64,000 nt of DNA from Octopus sinensis (taxonomy: Eukaryota), in contig NC_043018.1 in assembly GCF_006345805.1 (NCBI RefSeq), positions 12,648,001 through 12,712,000 of the forward strand. The letters run 5' to 3'. Each line of letters starts with the position of its first letter. Position 1 is the stretch's first letter. The position numbers and the translations under genes are program-made. Under the pieces are notes generated by a model. It ran no database searches. It was not told the origin of the DNA and was given only the letters and a program-made list of their open reading frames with translations. Positions 61,657 through 64,000 of the stretch are shown in pieces.

Positions 61657-62400
61657 GGCAATGTTTCGTTTGTAGTAGCACACGTTTCCGTCGATTTCCG
61701 TAAAAAATGTAAACACTGAATCGGCCATACATACATACATACATACATACATACATACATACACATACATACATACATACACACACACATACATAGATAC
61801 ATACATAGATACATACACACACATACATAGATACATACACACACACATACATGCAGACATACATATACACATACACCGAGTAAAAAATTACACTGAATCG
61901 GCCATACATACATACACACACATACTTACACACACACACACATACATAGATACATACACACACACATACATGCAGACATACATATACACATACACCGAGT
62001 AAAAAATTACACTGAATCGGCCATACATACATACATACACACATACATAGATACATACACACATACATACACACACACATACATAGATACATACACATAC
62101 ATATACACATACACCGAGTAAAAAATTTCAGTTATCTCTCTCTTTCACATATTACTCTCTCTGTCTCTTCGCACACACTAACAGAAGCACTCCACTTACA
62201 CAACATACTGTCTGTCTCCCACACCTCATCAAACACACACACGGGGACTTCAAAAAGAAATTCCCTCATCATAAAATCGCTTCCTCTTAGTCTCTTTCGC
62301 TCTCATTACTTCAAATATTCCCGCAAAGCCATATGTAAAAAAATAAAAGTTTTTTACGGAAGTCGACGGAAACGTGTGCTACGACAAACAAAACATTGCC
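61657..62400. repeat. 51-bp inverted repeat pair (61657-61707 and 62350-62400)
   Basis: The reverse complement of the left arm (ttttttacggaaatcgacggaaacgtgtgctactacaaacgaaacattgcc) matches the right arm at 48 of 51 positions. Confidence 0.93.
61714..62127. repeat. Minisatellite: constant core separated by variable (CATA)/(CA) tracts, about 3.3 units
   Basis: cactgaatcggccatac at 61714, 61891 and 62010; accgagtaaaaaatt three times. Confidence 0.9.
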
Positions 62401-62479
62401 CCTCTATTTAAGTAGCACCAAGATAAGAACGGAACTAGTTGTAATCAGCTTCCCTCGTTCTGCAACATTACTGACATTG

Positions 62480-62700
62480 TGCCAAAATTTAGAAACAGTT
62501 ATTATTAAGTCGGTGAGCTTGGTCGAATCGTTAGCACTCCGGGATAATTGCTTAACGGCATTTCGGCGGTCTGAGTTCAAATTCTGCCGAGGTCGACTTT
62601 GCCTTTCATCCTTTCGGTGTCGATAAAATAAGTACCAGTTACGCACTGGGGTCGATGTAATCAGCTAGCATCCTCATCCCAAATTCCAGGCCTTGTGCTT
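62480..62700 (+). mobile_element. SINE
   Basis: ggtgagcttggtcgaatcgttagcac..ctgagttcaaattctgccgaggtcgactttgcctttcatcc..ggggtcgatgtaatc. Confidence 0.7.
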
Positions 62701-64000
62701 TTAGTAGAAACAATTTTCCCCTCCTCTTCAATTAGTTTGGTGATTCGTTTCAATTTAATGTTGTTGATATTACATTTTTATTGATTTCTAACAATGGCAC
62801 AAGACTTATCAATTTTAGAGGAAGGCTGTAGACAGCTAAATCAACATACAGTTTCATTTGGTAGTTTATTTTTATCTTATCGGCCTTCTTCAAGGAAGGT
62901 TTGGAGGTAGAGTTAGCTTCTGCGGGGTTTTCAGTCAGAACATAAGCACAAAGCCTCAAAATTTAGCATTTAATTATATTACCTCACCGTCGCTTTCGAC
63001 ATGTCTAGTGCCCCCTTGGGGTAGTACCCCCCACGTTGAGAACCTTTGGTGTGAGCAATCAGCAGCAGTGCAATGAAATAACTTGCTTAAGGTTTTTACA
63101 AACATAAATAATTAAATTAATATTTTTTTTCCCAAGGTTAAGAGAGTTCGTTGGAGCAAACCCAAAAAATGACCTGATTCTATCAGCCCTGCAATTATAT
63201 AGAGAGAATTTACAAGGGATTGGCAAATTCTGTCATATTCAGCGTTTTTTCCCGTAAATAAACAGTGCTTGTAATTTTAGTTTTTTCATGTTGTTGGTGT
63301 TTATCTCTGGGTTAACCATGAAGTAGTAAATCTATTATCAAAGATATTCTAGCCGTGACCATCCCGTCTTTTTAGAGTATCTAGAACTGCATTATCTAAT
63401 GTTCGGTGTGATTTGTTTTAATAGGAAAGGGTGATTTGAAGGAAATTCGGCTGTTATTCCTTGCTCAGTTCTTAGAGGTAAACCCATAAAGGTTCATTAA
63501 GTTATTAAAATAAAGGCAAGCGTTTAAAAGTCAAAATTTTAGTTTGGAAAAAATAATGTCACGATTTCTAATAATGGCACATTTTAAAATATTTGATCTA
63601 TTTTAAAATAGATAGATAAAATATTTTGGAATATTGTACGTCACCTTGTAAATGACATTACATGCATATATTGACATGACATACTTTACATAATGGCATT
63701 TCACTTATGGCGAAAAAAAAGACGTTTTATTGAATAAAACAATGGATACTTTTTGGTTATCTCACCCCCATTAAAAAATTGGTGTTATCTCTGAAGCAAA
63801 ATTACATTAAATCAGTAAAAAATTTAACTAGGATTTTTTTTCCCCTGTGACTTTTTGTCCCCGAGAATCAAAATTACAATGGTATATAAAATCTCTAACG
63901 GGACAGGAAATAAAGTCGCAGGAAAAAGTATTCAGTTTTTAAATATCTAGATTTCCAAGCCTACATGTATATGGTACTGTATATTTACTGTTGTGGTTAT

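Noticed and set aside
61714-62127. CRISPR-like repeat-spacer appearance
   Set aside because: Eukaryotic context, spacers are related microsatellites of very unequal length, and there are no cas genes; kept only as a minisatellite.

Overview
AT-rich, repeat-dense eukaryotic (animal) genomic DNA. The mix of tRNA-headed SINEs, RTE LINE 3' ends with (GAT)n tails and very long (TA/CA)n tracts suggests an octopus or other coleoid cephalopod; this is my inference and was not checked. The main content is a complete 13-coding-exon KAT7 (HBO1/MYST2) histone acetyltransferase gene on the minus strand (61005 to 27391). I joined the exons by hand at GT-AG junctions; all phases are consistent, giving 1608 nt = 535 aa + stop. 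The window starts with the last coding exon of a plus-strand CCR4/nocturnin-like EEP nuclease gene (1-204). That is followed by about 6 kb free of recognisable TEs, containing a ~1.36 kb tandem duplication. The rest is transposon debris (RTE, CR1/L2-group and Penelope retroelements; mariner, Tc1 and Chapaev-like DNA transposons; a Helentron-like element; many SINEs) and microsatellites. I found no clearly new biological system. The best leads are: a perfect 154-bp zero-loop palindrome and a fold-back mariner next to KAT7 exons (candidate dsRNA/ADAR substrates); an RTE insertion whose 5' junction overlaps a KAT7 splice donor; a CpG-rich 51-bp inverted repeat bracketing a minisatellite in the KAT7 upstream region; a canonical G-quadruplex in the KAT7 3' UTR; and uORFs in the putative leader. 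Most long ORFs in the supplied track are microsatellite artefacts. TE boundaries are approximate and set by eye.
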